Source of the DNA: an uncultured Peptoniphilaceae bacterium | GTDB taxonomy: Bacteria; Bacillota; Clostridia; Tissierellales; Peptoniphilaceae | Assembly (NCBI GenBank): GCA_964432945.1 | Contig: CAYSPO010000001.1 | Span: forward strand, 21,506-85,505 | Reading direction: 5' to 3' | Length of the DNA: 64,000 bases | Shown here: positions 35,411 to 45,730 of the stretch, in pieces | Layout of the letters: each line of letters starts with the position of its first letter | How positions within the stretch are numbered: the stretch's first letter is position 1 | The notes under the pieces: generated by a model | Told to the model about the DNA's origin: nothing | Databases searched by the model: none | The model's input: the letters and a program-made list of their open reading frames with translations, nothing else | Position numbers and translations under genes: made by a program

Positions 35411-37167
35411 TGGAAAAAGAAAATTTAAATACTAATAATAAAAGTTATAAAAGAACTATTAACGGTATAATTGAATATCTTAAACCTCATAAATCAAAAC
35501 TATTTCTCCTAATTGTACTTTTAATTTCAGCAAATACAGTAGTTTTATTAGGTCCATACATGAGTGGGCTTGCTATTGACGCTATGGCTGAAGGAAAAGA
35601 AATAAATGAAGTAATTAAGTATTCTGTTTTTATGGCATTAGCCTATGTTGGAGCTGGTGGCTTGCAGTATATAATGTCTAGGTTAGTTGTTCGAGTTGCT
35701 CAAACAACAACTGCAACCATGAGACAAGATACATTTAATAAAATAGTAGAACTTCCTATTAGTTATATAGATACGCATCAGACAGGAGACTTAGTTTCAA
35801 GGATTTCCTATGATTTAAATCTAGTTAATCAAGCTATTAACAATGATATTGTTCAGATGTTTGCTAGTGCTATTACAGTTATAGGATCACTCGTAATGAT
35901 GATTAGAATATCTCCAACTATGTCTTTGATATTTATTATATTAGTTCCAGTAACAGTTTTATTTACAGCTTATAGGATAAAAAAGACAAGACCTTTATTT
36001 TCAAAAAGATCAAAAAAGCTAGGAGAGATGAATGGCTATGTAGAAGAAATTTTACATGGACAAAAGACTATATCTTCTTATAATAAAGAAGATTATTTCA
36101 CCGAAGAATTTGAACATAGAAATAAAGATAGTATGGAGGCTTATTATCATGCAGATTATCAAGCATCTATTAACGGGCCATCTGTTTCTTTAATAACGAA
36201 TCTTTCTTTAGCTCTAATATCAATGTTTGGCGCACTCCTTTTCCTAGATGGAAGGGTTAGTATAGGTAATTTAACATCTTTTATTCTTTATTCTAGAAGA
36301 TTTGCAGGACCAATAAATGAAATGGCAGCAGTTATAGCTGAACTTCAATCAGCCCTATCTGCAGGAGATAGAGTATTTAAACTTTTAGATGAACCATCTG
36401 AGCCAAAGGATATAGAAAATGCAATAGACTTAAAAAATGTAGATGGAGAGATCGTATTTAACGATATCAAATTCTCCTATGAAGAAGATAAAAATATAAT
36501 AAAAGACTTCTCAATAGATATAAAAGAAGGAGAACTGACAGCTATTGTTGGACCAACAGGTTCAGGTAAATCAACAATAATAAATTTATTAATGAGATTT
36601 TATGATCCACAAGATGGAGAAATTTTAATAGATGGAATACCTATAGAAAAGATAACAAGGAAAAGCTTAAGAGATTCATTTGCAATGGTGCTTCAAGATA
36701 CTTGGTTTTTTAAAGGAACTATTAAAGAAAATATTGCATATGGGAGACCAGATGCAAGTGATGAGGAAATTAAAAAAGCTGCAGAAGCAGCTAATATAGC
36801 TAATTTTATTGAAAACCTACCTGATGGATATGACAGTATTATTTCAGATGGAGCAGGAAATTTATCTCAAGGTCAAAAGCAGCTTTTATCAATCGCAAGA
36901 GCTATGCTTATTGATGCTCCAATGTTAATTTTAGATGAAGCAACTTCAAATGTAGACTCAAAAACAGAAATAATAATACAAGAAGCAATGTCTAGATTAA
37001 TAGAAGGTAGAACTTCCTTAGTGATTGCCTATAGATTATCTACAATAAAAAATGCAGATAATATTATCGTTCTCGTAGATGGGATAATAAGAGAAGAAGG
37101 TAATCATGAGGAGTTAATGGAAAATGAATCATATTATAGAGAACTTTATAGTTCTCAGTTTGCTTAA
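35410..37167 (+). CDS. ABC exporter, fused permease/ATPase (heterodimer half 2)
   Basis: TAATG overlap with half 1. Walker A GPTGSGKST, signature LSQGQKQL. Confidence 0.85.
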   Translation: MEKENLNTNNKSYKRTINGIIEYLKPHKSKLFLLIVLLISANTVVLLGPYMSGLAIDAMAEGKEINEVIKYSVFMALAYVGAGGLQYIMSRLVVRVAQTTTATMRQDTFNKIVELPISYIDTHQTGDLVSRISYDLNLVNQAINNDIVQMFASAITVIGSLVMMIRISPTMSLIFIILVPVTVLFTAYRIKKTRPLFSKRSKKLGEMNGYVEEILHGQKTISSYNKEDYFTEEFEHRNKDSMEAYYHADYQASINGPSVSLITNLSLALISMFGALLFLDGRVSIGNLTSFILYSRRFAGPINEMAAVIAELQSALSAGDRVFKLLDEPSEPKDIENAIDLKNVDGEIVFNDIKFSYEEDKNIIKDFSIDIKEGELTAIVGPTGSGKSTIINLLMRFYDPQDGEILIDGIPIEKITRKSLRDSFAMVLQDTWFFKGTIKENIAYGRPDASDEEIKKAAEAANIANFIENLPDGYDSIISDGAGNLSQGQKQLLSIARAMLIDAPMLILDEATSNVDSKTEIIIQEAMSRLIEGRTSLVIAYRLSTIKNADNIIVLVDGIIREEGNHEELMENESYYRELYSSQFA

Positions 37168-37170
37168 AAT

Positions 37171-37197
37171 AAAAAAAGACCATAATGGTCTTTTTTT
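37171..37197. terminator. bidirectional terminator
   Basis: AAAAAAAGACCA-TAA-TGGTCTTTTTTT between convergent genes. Confidence 0.7.
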
Positions 37198-37198
37198 A

Positions 37199-38542
37199 TT
37201 ACTCGAATTCTAATTCTAAATCATTTAGTCTTCCCCTAAGAACAAGATAGAAAACTAGTCCTTTTAATATACTACTTATAGACATTGACATCCATATCCC
37301 TAGAACACCAAAATATCTCATAAAGAAAAGAGCCATAGGTATTCTTAAAAGATTTAGAAGAGAACCAGCAACACCTGGAAATCTGGTTTGTCCTATTCCA
37401 TTAAAGACCCCACTAGATCCTGTTTCTATATTCATAAGAGGTTGGCTTACTCCTAAAATTATAAAGTATTTAACACCTAATTTTACTGCTTCAGGATCAT
37501 TAGGAAGAAATATATTGAAAATTTCATTTCCAAAAAATATAAAAGCTAACATTACAACAGTTCCTGCAGCAAACATCATAGATAAGGATTTTTTTGCCAT
37601 TTCCCTTATTCTATCAAATTTTCTAGCTCCAAAGTTTTGGCCAGCGAATGCAGTTATTGCCGAAGCAAATCCTTCAGATGTTAACCAAGATATAGACTCT
37701 ACTTGGCTTCCTACACTATATACTGCAATTGGCATAGAACCATAAATTGAAGTGAATTTATTTAATACCATGGTAACTATTGCTTGAATACCTGAGCTTA
37801 AAGCTCCTGGAATACCTAATTTTGTTATTTTCTTAAGTTCATCTAAGGATGGAGCTTGGGAATAGTTTGCATGATACAATAAATCATTCTCTCTTATTAT
37901 GAAAGTGATAAAAAGTATGGTTACTATAAATTGAGCAAAGACAGTTGCTATAGCTGCTCCAGTTATTCCTAAAGCAGGGATAGGCCCATATCCAAAGATT
38001 AGTACAGGATCTAGAATAATATTTGTTATAAGTCCTATTATGTTGTACTTAAATGGTGTAAGGGAATTTCCCATAGATCCATAGCAAGCTGAAATAATTG
38101 GATTAAGGAATGTAAAGGCAAAACCAAGAGCAATTATAGTAAAGTAATCAAGACCCATTTGATGTACATTTGCTTCAAAATTATATATTCCTATTAAAGA
38201 TTCTCTAAAAGTTATACATAAGATTGAAAGAATTATACTCAAAAATACCCCATATTGCAGGGCATTTCTAAAAGATTTCTTGGTTTGTTCGTAGTCTCCT
38301 GCTCCATAAGATTGACTTCCTCTTATGCTAACGCCTATTTTAGGTATAAGCATAATTGAGTTTATTAGCCATACATATGTACCAACAGTTCCTGCAGCTG
38401 CAACAGCATTAGTACCAAGCCGCCCTAACCACATCATATCAACTAGTGCGTATGTAACTTGAACAAATGATGTTGCCATCAGTGGCCAAGCTAATTTTAA
38501 AAGACTTGGCAATATTTTTTCTCTTAATAAATCTACTTTCAT
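37199..38542 (-). CDS. MATE family efflux transporter
   Basis: 447 aa, 12 predicted TM segments. N-terminal ...LAWPLM...VDMMWLGRLG pattern typical of the MATE/NorM family. Confidence 0.85.
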   Translation of the reverse strand: MKVDLLREKILPSLLKLAWPLMATSFVQVTYALVDMMWLGRLGTNAVAAAGTVGTYVWLINSIMLIPKIGVSIRGSQSYGAGDYEQTKKSFRNALQYGVFLSIILSILCITFRESLIGIYNFEANVHQMGLDYFTIIALGFAFTFLNPIISACYGSMGNSLTPFKYNIIGLITNIILDPVLIFGYGPIPALGITGAAIATVFAQFIVTILFITFIIRENDLLYHANYSQAPSLDELKKITKLGIPGALSSGIQAIVTMVLNKFTSIYGSMPIAVYSVGSQVESISWLTSEGFASAITAFAGQNFGARKFDRIREMAKKSLSMMFAAGTVVMLAFIFFGNEIFNIFLPNDPEAVKLGVKYFIILGVSQPLMNIETGSSGVFNGIGQTRFPGVAGSLLNLLRIPMALFFMRYFGVLGIWMSMSISSILKGLVFYLVLRGRLNDLELEFE

Positions 38543-38760
38543 TTCATCACCTATTTTTATGCTAAGTGTTATTATAAATGATTAAATGATTAAATGAAAG
38601 CTTTTATCAAATCAACTATAAAAAATTATTATAATTATAAAAGATTATAAAATATTCTAATATTTTTGAAATTTATTTTAAGTAATATATAATAGGATAA
38701 AGCGATAATTTAAATGTTATAATAGTAGAGTACTTGAGATTAGCAAAGAGGGGAGTTGTC

Positions 38761-39840
38761 ATGAAGAAATTAAAATATATTGGGGAAATTAATTCTAATG
38801 ATAAAGTTTTAGATGTTTTTATTAAAGAAGATGATACTTTTTTTTATATTGAAAAACAAGCTTGCTCTCATTGCAAATCTTGTGATAATAAAAATAAAGA
38901 AGAAGAGTGGGGTAAATCCTTATTTAAGGACAAGGAATTAGAAAAAATCGTAAGGTTATCTTTAGATAATTATCCAGGAGATTTAAATCAAAATCATTTA
39001 GATGAAATAGAAGAAATAGATTTTTCTGCAAGTGAGATTAGAGATTTTTCTGGGCTTGATAAGCTTAGAAATTTAAAAACGCTTCGACTTTGGTCTTGTC
39101 CAATGTTTTCTATATTTTTACACATTATTAAAAAATTTAAACAGTTAGAGTATATTGATTTAGGAAATTGTGATTTAAAAAATATAAGTTGCGATACCTT
39201 TGAAGGATTAGAGAATCTAAAAGAAATTGCTTTAGATGACAATAACTTATATGAACTTCCTAATGACCTTTTTATTACTAATAAAAACTTAAAATGGCTT
39301 CATGTAGATAACACAGGAGTTATAAACCTTGAGTTCTTAACAGGACTTGATAATCTTGAAGCTCTTTACGCTGAAGAAAATAGGATAACTAATATAAGAG
39401 GGTTAAGATATACCTCAAACTTGAAGACACTTAGGCTTTCTCATAATAAAATTAGAAATATAGATGCAATAAGGAGTCTTTATAAACTAGAAAGACTACA
39501 TATTGATAACAACCAAATAACAGATATCAGAGCTTTGGAATCTTTATCTAAGCTCAAAAGATTAAGAGCACATAATAACTCAATTATCGATATACATTCA
39601 TTAAAACCTTTAAAAAACATTGAAATTTTGAACTTAGATGATAATAAAATACAAGATATTTCACCGTTAAGATATAAAGTAAATTTAGAGCAGCTCCAAA
39701 TAAGAAATAATAAACTTAAAACAGTTGAGCCGCTCCATAAACTAAATAAACTAAAAGTTCTTTGCTTAGAAGGAAATAGATTAATAGATTTTAGTCATTT
39801 AGATGGTATATATGATGGACTTAAAAATAAAGATTTTTAA
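38761..39840 (+). CDS. leucine-rich-repeat (internalin-type LRR) protein, no signal peptide
   Basis: ATG 38761 follows GAGGGGAG. About ten 22-residue LxxLxxLxLxxNxIxDIxxL units lie between roughly 39000 and 39800. N-terminal CSHCKSC motif. Confidence 0.75.
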   Translation: MKKLKYIGEINSNDKVLDVFIKEDDTFFYIEKQACSHCKSCDNKNKEEEWGKSLFKDKELEKIVRLSLDNYPGDLNQNHLDEIEEIDFSASEIRDFSGLDKLRNLKTLRLWSCPMFSIFLHIIKKFKQLEYIDLGNCDLKNISCDTFEGLENLKEIALDDNNLYELPNDLFITNKNLKWLHVDNTGVINLEFLTGLDNLEALYAEENRITNIRGLRYTSNLKTLRLSHNKIRNIDAIRSLYKLERLHIDNNQITDIRALESLSKLKRLRAHNNSIIDIHSLKPLKNIEILNLDDNKIQDISPLRYKVNLEQLQIRNNKLKTVEPLHKLNKLKVLCLEGNRLIDFSHLDGIYDGLKNKDF

Positions 39841-39908
39841 TCTTTTATATAAAAAGTCTTTGAATTAAAATTATGGAATATTAATTATAATAGAGTATAA
39901 ATTAAAAG

Positions 39909-39940
39909 AGCTTTTATAGTAGTCTATAAAAGCTTTTTTT
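39909..39940 (+). terminator. rho-independent terminator
   Basis: AGCTTTTATAG-TAGT-CTATAAAAGCT followed by TTTTTT. Confidence 0.7.
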
Positions 39941-40239
39941 AGTGATTACATTTTTAAAATAAACTAATTATTATCAGGGGTTTTATAGATGATTCATATT
40001 AAGTTCTGAAGAAGATTAAGAATAAATAGAGATTTTAAGATTTTATTTAACTCTTATAAATTATATAAAAGCAGATTTTATGTCGTATTAGTGTTTTAAA
40101 TATATCCCTGTTAAGAGCATAGGAATATATAATACTATTATTTTGTTATTGTAATATTTAATATGAATGTGTAATTTATCAAATTCACTAGTTAAAGTGA
40201 TATACTTTATATTGAATATTATAATAACTAGGAGGGCTT

Positions 40240-41979
40240 ATGAAAAAATTTGTTTCTAAGATATTAGCGGTCACTTTAACATTAGGGATGACAATTAGTG
40301 TTGCTAATGCAGTTGATAATGTAAATAGGGTTTCTGGTAAAGATAAGTATAAAACAGCTATTGAGGTATCTAAAAGTAACTATACTAATTCAGAAAATGT
40401 GATACTTGCTAGTGGTGATGAATTTGCAGATGCTTTAGCTGGAGGTCAGCTATCTTTAAATCTTGATGCACCTATCCTTTTAGTAGGAAAAGGGCCAATA
40501 AGTTCTGATCTTAAAGAAGAGATTAAAAGATTGGAAGCTAAAAATATTTATATTCTAGGAGAGAAAAATTCTATTTCAAAAGAAATAGAAGATAATCTAG
40601 ATAAAGATTATAAAATTATAAGACTTGGTGGAAAAGATAGATATGAGACTTCTAAACTTATAATGAAAGAAACTGAAAAATTAGGTGAGTTTGATAAGTT
40701 AGTTTTAGTTAGTGGAATAGATTTTGCAGATGCACTTTCTTCATCTAACTATCTAGCAAAGAATAGTGCTCTTTTAATGTTATCAAATGGTAAAGAACTT
40801 CCAAAAACAGATAAAGAAATTATAGTTATTGGCGGAAAAGAGAAAATAGAACTTCCGGATTTTAAGGGAAGAAGGATAGCAGGTAAAGATAGATATGAAA
40901 CTTCAATGTTATTATTAGATGAGTTTTTCAAAGATGCTAAAAATGGTGTTTTAGTAAGCGGGGAGAGATATCCTGATGGACTTACTTCAGTTTCATTTTT
41001 AAATAAATTTGAATCACCTATTATATTAACTAGGAAAGGTGCATTAGATGATGAAGCAAAATCTTATATAGATAAACTAGAAAAGCTAGTTATAGTTGGA
41101 GGAGAACAAACTATATCTGAAGATATACTTAAAGATGACGAAACTCCAATAGATATAGAAGGCAGAGTTTTAGACGCTAAAGAAGTTACTAAAATGATAA
41201 AAAAAGAAGATGTTAAAGTTTTTGATCTTAGAAAACCAGAAGATTACGAACTTGGACATATACCTGGCGCTTTAAATATTAGTAACAAGGAATTTGAAGA
41301 TCCAGACAATCCAATAGATGGAGAACTTGCAACTCCACAACAATTTGAAGAATTAATGTCTTCATATGGTATAAAAAATACAGATACAATAATAGTTTAT
41401 TCTCAAGCTTCAAAGCCTCAAATGGCTCCAAGACTTATTTGGACATTAGAAGCATACGGTCATACAAATACTTATATCTTAGATGGTCATTACGATAAGT
41501 GGTCAAATGGAGAATTTGAGATAGAAGAGGGGCCTCAAAAAGAACAAGTTAAATCAGAATATAAAATAATAACTCAAGAAAACACAATAAATGTAGATAA
41601 AAATTATGTTATCGATATTATAGATGGGAAAATAGATGCTATATTATTAGATTGTAGGCCAGCAGAACAGTATGCTAGCAAAGAGCCAACTAGTGGTGGG
41701 AATGCTAAGGGTGGTCATATACCAGGAGCTGTAAATGTTCCATATATGTCTACTGTTGGAGAAGACGGTAGATTTTTATCAGCTGAAGAATTAAAACAGC
41801 TATATTCTGAAGTAGGAATCAATGAAGATTCAGATGTAGTAGTTTACTGTCAAAGAGGGCATAGAGCTTCTCATTCTTGGTTTGTTCTTAAATATGTTTT
41901 AGGATATGAAAATATAAAAGTATATGATGGCTCAATGATGGAATGGAGCAATCTCGAGGATCAAAAAGTTGAATTTTAA
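40240..41979 (+). CDS. secreted cell-wall-binding (3x CWB2) protein fused to tandem rhodanese domains (sulfurtransferase)
   Basis: Signal peptide ...ISVANA. Three G(K)D(K/R)Y(K/E)T(A/S) CWB2 repeats. The C-terminal rhodanese pair has the active-site loop CQRGHRAS. Confidence 0.75.
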   Translation: MKKFVSKILAVTLTLGMTISVANAVDNVNRVSGKDKYKTAIEVSKSNYTNSENVILASGDEFADALAGGQLSLNLDAPILLVGKGPISSDLKEEIKRLEAKNIYILGEKNSISKEIEDNLDKDYKIIRLGGKDRYETSKLIMKETEKLGEFDKLVLVSGIDFADALSSSNYLAKNSALLMLSNGKELPKTDKEIIVIGGKEKIELPDFKGRRIAGKDRYETSMLLLDEFFKDAKNGVLVSGERYPDGLTSVSFLNKFESPIILTRKGALDDEAKSYIDKLEKLVIVGGEQTISEDILKDDETPIDIEGRVLDAKEVTKMIKKEDVKVFDLRKPEDYELGHIPGALNISNKEFEDPDNPIDGELATPQQFEELMSSYGIKNTDTIIVYSQASKPQMAPRLIWTLEAYGHTNTYILDGHYDKWSNGEFEIEEGPQKEQVKSEYKIITQENTINVDKNYVIDIIDGKIDAILLDCRPAEQYASKEPTSGGNAKGGHIPGAVNVPYMSTVGEDGRFLSAEELKQLYSEVGINEDSDVVVYCQRGHRASHSWFVLKYVLGYENIKVYDGSMMEWSNLEDQKVEF

Positions 41980-41991
41980 AAAATAATCACT

Positions 41992-42023
41992 TAGAAGCTA
42001 GGACTGTCCTAGCTTCTATTTTT
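41992..42023 (+). terminator. rho-independent terminator
   Basis: TAGAAGCTAGG-ACTGT-CCTAGCTTCTA followed by TTTTT. Confidence 0.75.
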
Positions 42024-42176
42024 AGGTATAAAGATAAATAATAATTATATAAGATAAATTAATCATAATAAACAAATGTTACATATATACTATATAGAAG
42101 AGAAACAGAGCAATTGCCTTGTTTATTTTTATTTTACATAGAATTATGTTTCCCTGAAAATAATAAAGGAGGATTT

Positions 42177-44318
42177 ATGTCAGAAATATCAAATAAGATG
42201 GAGATAATAGAGGGTATATGCGGTATATGCCCTGGAAACTGTGCTGTTGAAATACATAAAATAGATGGAAAGATTGATAAGGTATTAAAATCTGAAAAGA
42301 ATAAATATGGATTAATTTGCCTAAGGGCATCAAAAGCTAAGGAAATAGTTTATTCTGAAGATAGAATAACAACTCCACTAATAAGAACAGGTAAAAAAGG
42401 TACAAAAGATTTTAGAGAAGCAACATGGGAAGAAGCTTTAAGCTATGCAAGTGAAGGTTTTTTGAAAATAAAAGATAAATATGGAGCACAGTCTTTAGCA
42501 AGTCATTACGGACGAGGTGCTTTTGATCAGCAATTTGAAGATTTTTTCTCTGGAACTGGCGACAATAAATATGGTGGAATATTTGGCTATCTTGGATCTC
42601 CAAATACTGGAAGTGTAGGCTCCCTTTGTTATGTTTCATATGGAGTTTTTGCTCCTATACCTACAATGGGAATACCATCAAGTTTTATAAACGCGGATAT
42701 AGAAAATGCAGATACTATATTTGTATGGGGAACAAATCCTCCAGCAGCTTCACCTCCTCTTAAGTATCATAGAATTAAAGAAGCAAGAAAAAGAGGAGCA
42801 AAAGTTATAACCGTTGACCACTATAAGTCTATAATGGCAGATAATTCTAATGAAGTTGTATTAGTAAACTCTGGGACAGATGGATTTCTAATATTTGGAC
42901 TGATAAATTATTTAATCGAAAATAATAAATATAATAAAGAGTTTGTTGAAGAATATACTTATGGTTTTGAAGAATTAAAAAAATATGTAAAAGATTTTAC
43001 TTTGGATAAAGTTTTAGATGTATGTGGAATAAAGGAAGAAGATTTTTATCTAATAGCTAGAGAATTGTCCAAAGAAAAAGTAACACTTTTAACTTATACA
43101 GGACTAGAGTATTCAAATTGTGGAGTTCAAACAATTAGAGCTATTTATTCATTGTGGGCAATGACAGGTCATTTAGATGAAAAAGGAGGATTAATTCTAG
43201 ATAAAGCTAAAAAAGAAGAATATTCATTAAAAAAAGAAAGAAGTCTAGAAGAAAATCTTCCAGTTGGTTATAAAAATTATCCTTTATTCTGTGATCTTAC
43301 TGGAAATATGCAATTTAATAGTTTTCCAAAAGCTGTATTGGAAGAAAAACCATATAAGATTGCAGGACTTTTTAATGTTGGATCAGTAATAAGCATAAAT
43401 TATCCTTCAAGCCAACTTTATGAAGAAGCATTAAAATCTTTAGAAATGTTTGTAACAGTGGATAGATTTATGTCTAAAGATACACTTTATGCAGATGTTG
43501 TATTACCAGCAACTACTTATTTTGAAGATGAATCTTACGCTTGTTATCCCGATATGGTAAGAAAAAGGGAAAGAATAATTGAGCCAATTGGTCAAGCTAA
43601 GTCTCATATTGAAATCATCCATGCTTTAGCTGAAAAACTGGGATATGGAGATAATTATCCTGAGAATTCAGAAGAATTACTTCAAGCTAAATTTGGTTCA
43701 GATCCTGAACTTCTAAAAGCAATACTAGAAAATCCACAAGGAGTAAGCTTAGACAAAGGTGAAAGAACTTATTATAAATATAAAACAGGTGGGCTTAGAA
43801 ATGACAAAAAGGCTGGGTTTCCTACACAAAGTGGCAAGTTTGAATTTAAATCTTCTATGCTAGAATCCTATGGATTTGATGGTTTACCTAAATTTGAATT
43901 TTCTAAAGAAGGTAGAATAAATAATCCAGACTTGGCAGAAAAATATCCATTAATTTTAAATTCAGGAGCGAGAATTCAAAGCACATTTAGAACTCAGCAT
44001 CTAAATATTCCAGAATTAGTAAAATTTCAAGAATCACCTCATATAATTATGAATATAGAAGATGCAACAGAAAGAGAAATTTCAACTGGAGATGAAGTAA
44101 TAGTTTCAACATTAAGAGGAGAAATAAAAGTTATTGCTAATGTAATAGAAGGTATTAATAAAGGTGATACAGAAATAAATGTAGGTGGAGGTCAAGATTT
44201 TCAACTTGGCTTATGGAAAGATGCAAATACAAACTATTTAACAGATATAGAAAATGTTGATCCTATAAGTGGTTTTCCTGTATTAAAAAATTTACTTTGT
44301 GAAGTTAGAAAAGCTTAG
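42177..44318 (+). CDS. molybdopterin oxidoreductase (DMSO-reductase superfamily), cytoplasmic
   Basis: ATG 42177 follows AAGGAGG. N-terminal 4Fe-4S motif CGICPGNCAV...C. About 713 aa with a C-terminal MGD-binding beta-barrel-like region. No twin-arginine signal. Confidence 0.75.
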   Translation: MSEISNKMEIIEGICGICPGNCAVEIHKIDGKIDKVLKSEKNKYGLICLRASKAKEIVYSEDRITTPLIRTGKKGTKDFREATWEEALSYASEGFLKIKDKYGAQSLASHYGRGAFDQQFEDFFSGTGDNKYGGIFGYLGSPNTGSVGSLCYVSYGVFAPIPTMGIPSSFINADIENADTIFVWGTNPPAASPPLKYHRIKEARKRGAKVITVDHYKSIMADNSNEVVLVNSGTDGFLIFGLINYLIENNKYNKEFVEEYTYGFEELKKYVKDFTLDKVLDVCGIKEEDFYLIARELSKEKVTLLTYTGLEYSNCGVQTIRAIYSLWAMTGHLDEKGGLILDKAKKEEYSLKKERSLEENLPVGYKNYPLFCDLTGNMQFNSFPKAVLEEKPYKIAGLFNVGSVISINYPSSQLYEEALKSLEMFVTVDRFMSKDTLYADVVLPATTYFEDESYACYPDMVRKRERIIEPIGQAKSHIEIIHALAEKLGYGDNYPENSEELLQAKFGSDPELLKAILENPQGVSLDKGERTYYKYKTGGLRNDKKAGFPTQSGKFEFKSSMLESYGFDGLPKFEFSKEGRINNPDLAEKYPLILNSGARIQSTFRTQHLNIPELVKFQESPHIIMNIEDATEREISTGDEVIVSTLRGEIKVIANVIEGINKGDTEINVGGGQDFQLGLWKDANTNYLTDIENVDPISGFPVLKNLLCEVRKA

Positions 44319-44514
44319 AGGTTAATGCGAATTAAAAAAGATTTATTTTAGAGTAGTATTGAATTTAGTTAAACATTAATACTACTTTTTATTTTAAGTT
44401 AATAAGCAAAGTATATATAAGTTTATTTGCATAGAGTAATTTTATAACTGCTAATCATTATCAGTGATATGCTTTTAATAAGTATAACAGAATAAACTTT
44501 AAGGAAGTGAAAGT

Positions 44515-45630
44515 ATGGATTATTCAGTAATAGAAAAAGACATGGAAAATTATGTACCAGAAATGACATCATCAGAAAGAATGAAAAAATATATAAGTGG
44601 CGAAAGAGTGGATCATATACCTTATATGCTTCATCTACCAGATTTTGCAGTTGCACAAATTCTAGGTCACAAAATAGAAGACTTGCAAGATTTAGATGTT
44701 TATAGTGAAATTGTTGCTTATATAAAAGATGAATTAGGTGTGGAAGGGTTAAGTAATAGACTAAGCTTAAGAACTATGGGAGCTGCTGTTGGATCTAAGC
44801 TTCATTACCCAGAAGATGGAATTGATATAATCGTCGAAAGAGTTTTAGAAGATTATAATGATTTTTATAAAATCGAAAAAATTGATCCTTGGAATAATGA
44901 AATTCTAACTCCTTTAATGAAAAGGGGAATGGCTATAAGAGAAAAATTTCCTGATGTAAAAGTTACTACTGGGGTAGTTTGTCCTTTATCTACAGCTGTT
45001 GCAATTAGACCAATTGAAAAAATCTTAAAGGATACTAGAAAAAATAAAGAAGAACTTCATAAATTATTACAGCTTTGTGTTGATCATAATTTAACTTGGG
45101 TTAGAGCCTTTACAGAAGAATTCGGTCCCGGTCCTACTTCTATTTCGGCTCCTTTAACAAGCACTGATATTTTAAGTAAAGAACAATTTAAAGAATTTTC
45201 TTATCCTTATATGGAAAAATTAGTAGATGGATTAATTGAAATAACTGGCATAAAACCGAGCCTACATATATGTGGCCATACTAAAGGAATCTGGGAAGAT
45301 ATTAAAAAATTAAATGTTGCTTCTTTTAGTGTAGATAATGTTGAAGATTTAGGAGAATTAAAGGAAGTTTTAGGTGATATTATGCCTATTCTAGGCAATG
45401 TTCCACCTGTTGAAGTTATGAGATTTGGAAGTGTAGATGATGTAATCGAAGCTTGTAAGTCTTGTATAAGAAAAGGTTCCACTTCTCAAAGGGGATATAT
45501 TTTAGGAACAGGATGTCAAATTCCTCCTGGAACTAGCGAAAAAAATCTTAAAGCTTTCGTTTGGGCTGCTAGAACTTATGGGGCTGGAGCTAAGCTTGGC
45601 GAAATGCCTGAAGGTATGAAAGAAGATTAG
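44515..45630 (+). CDS. URO-D/MtaA-family corrinoid methyltransferase (paralogue A)
   Basis: SERMKKYISGERVDHIP N-terminus. Zn motif LHICGHTKG...GTGCQIP. Paralogous to 54647..55768 and 55854..56924. Confidence 0.75.
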   Translation: MDYSVIEKDMENYVPEMTSSERMKKYISGERVDHIPYMLHLPDFAVAQILGHKIEDLQDLDVYSEIVAYIKDELGVEGLSNRLSLRTMGAAVGSKLHYPEDGIDIIVERVLEDYNDFYKIEKIDPWNNEILTPLMKRGMAIREKFPDVKVTTGVVCPLSTAVAIRPIEKILKDTRKNKEELHKLLQLCVDHNLTWVRAFTEEFGPGPTSISAPLTSTDILSKEQFKEFSYPYMEKLVDGLIEITGIKPSLHICGHTKGIWEDIKKLNVASFSVDNVEDLGELKEVLGDIMPILGNVPPVEVMRFGSVDDVIEACKSCIRKGSTSQRGYILGTGCQIPPGTSEKNLKAFVWAARTYGAGAKLGEMPEGMKED

Positions 45631-45730
45631 AAGTTAATTACAATGAATTTATTAATAAAAACCTCCTACACTTTAATATATTTGTGTAGGAGTTTTACAT
45701 TTATAGGAAGGACCAATATAGTTTACTATT

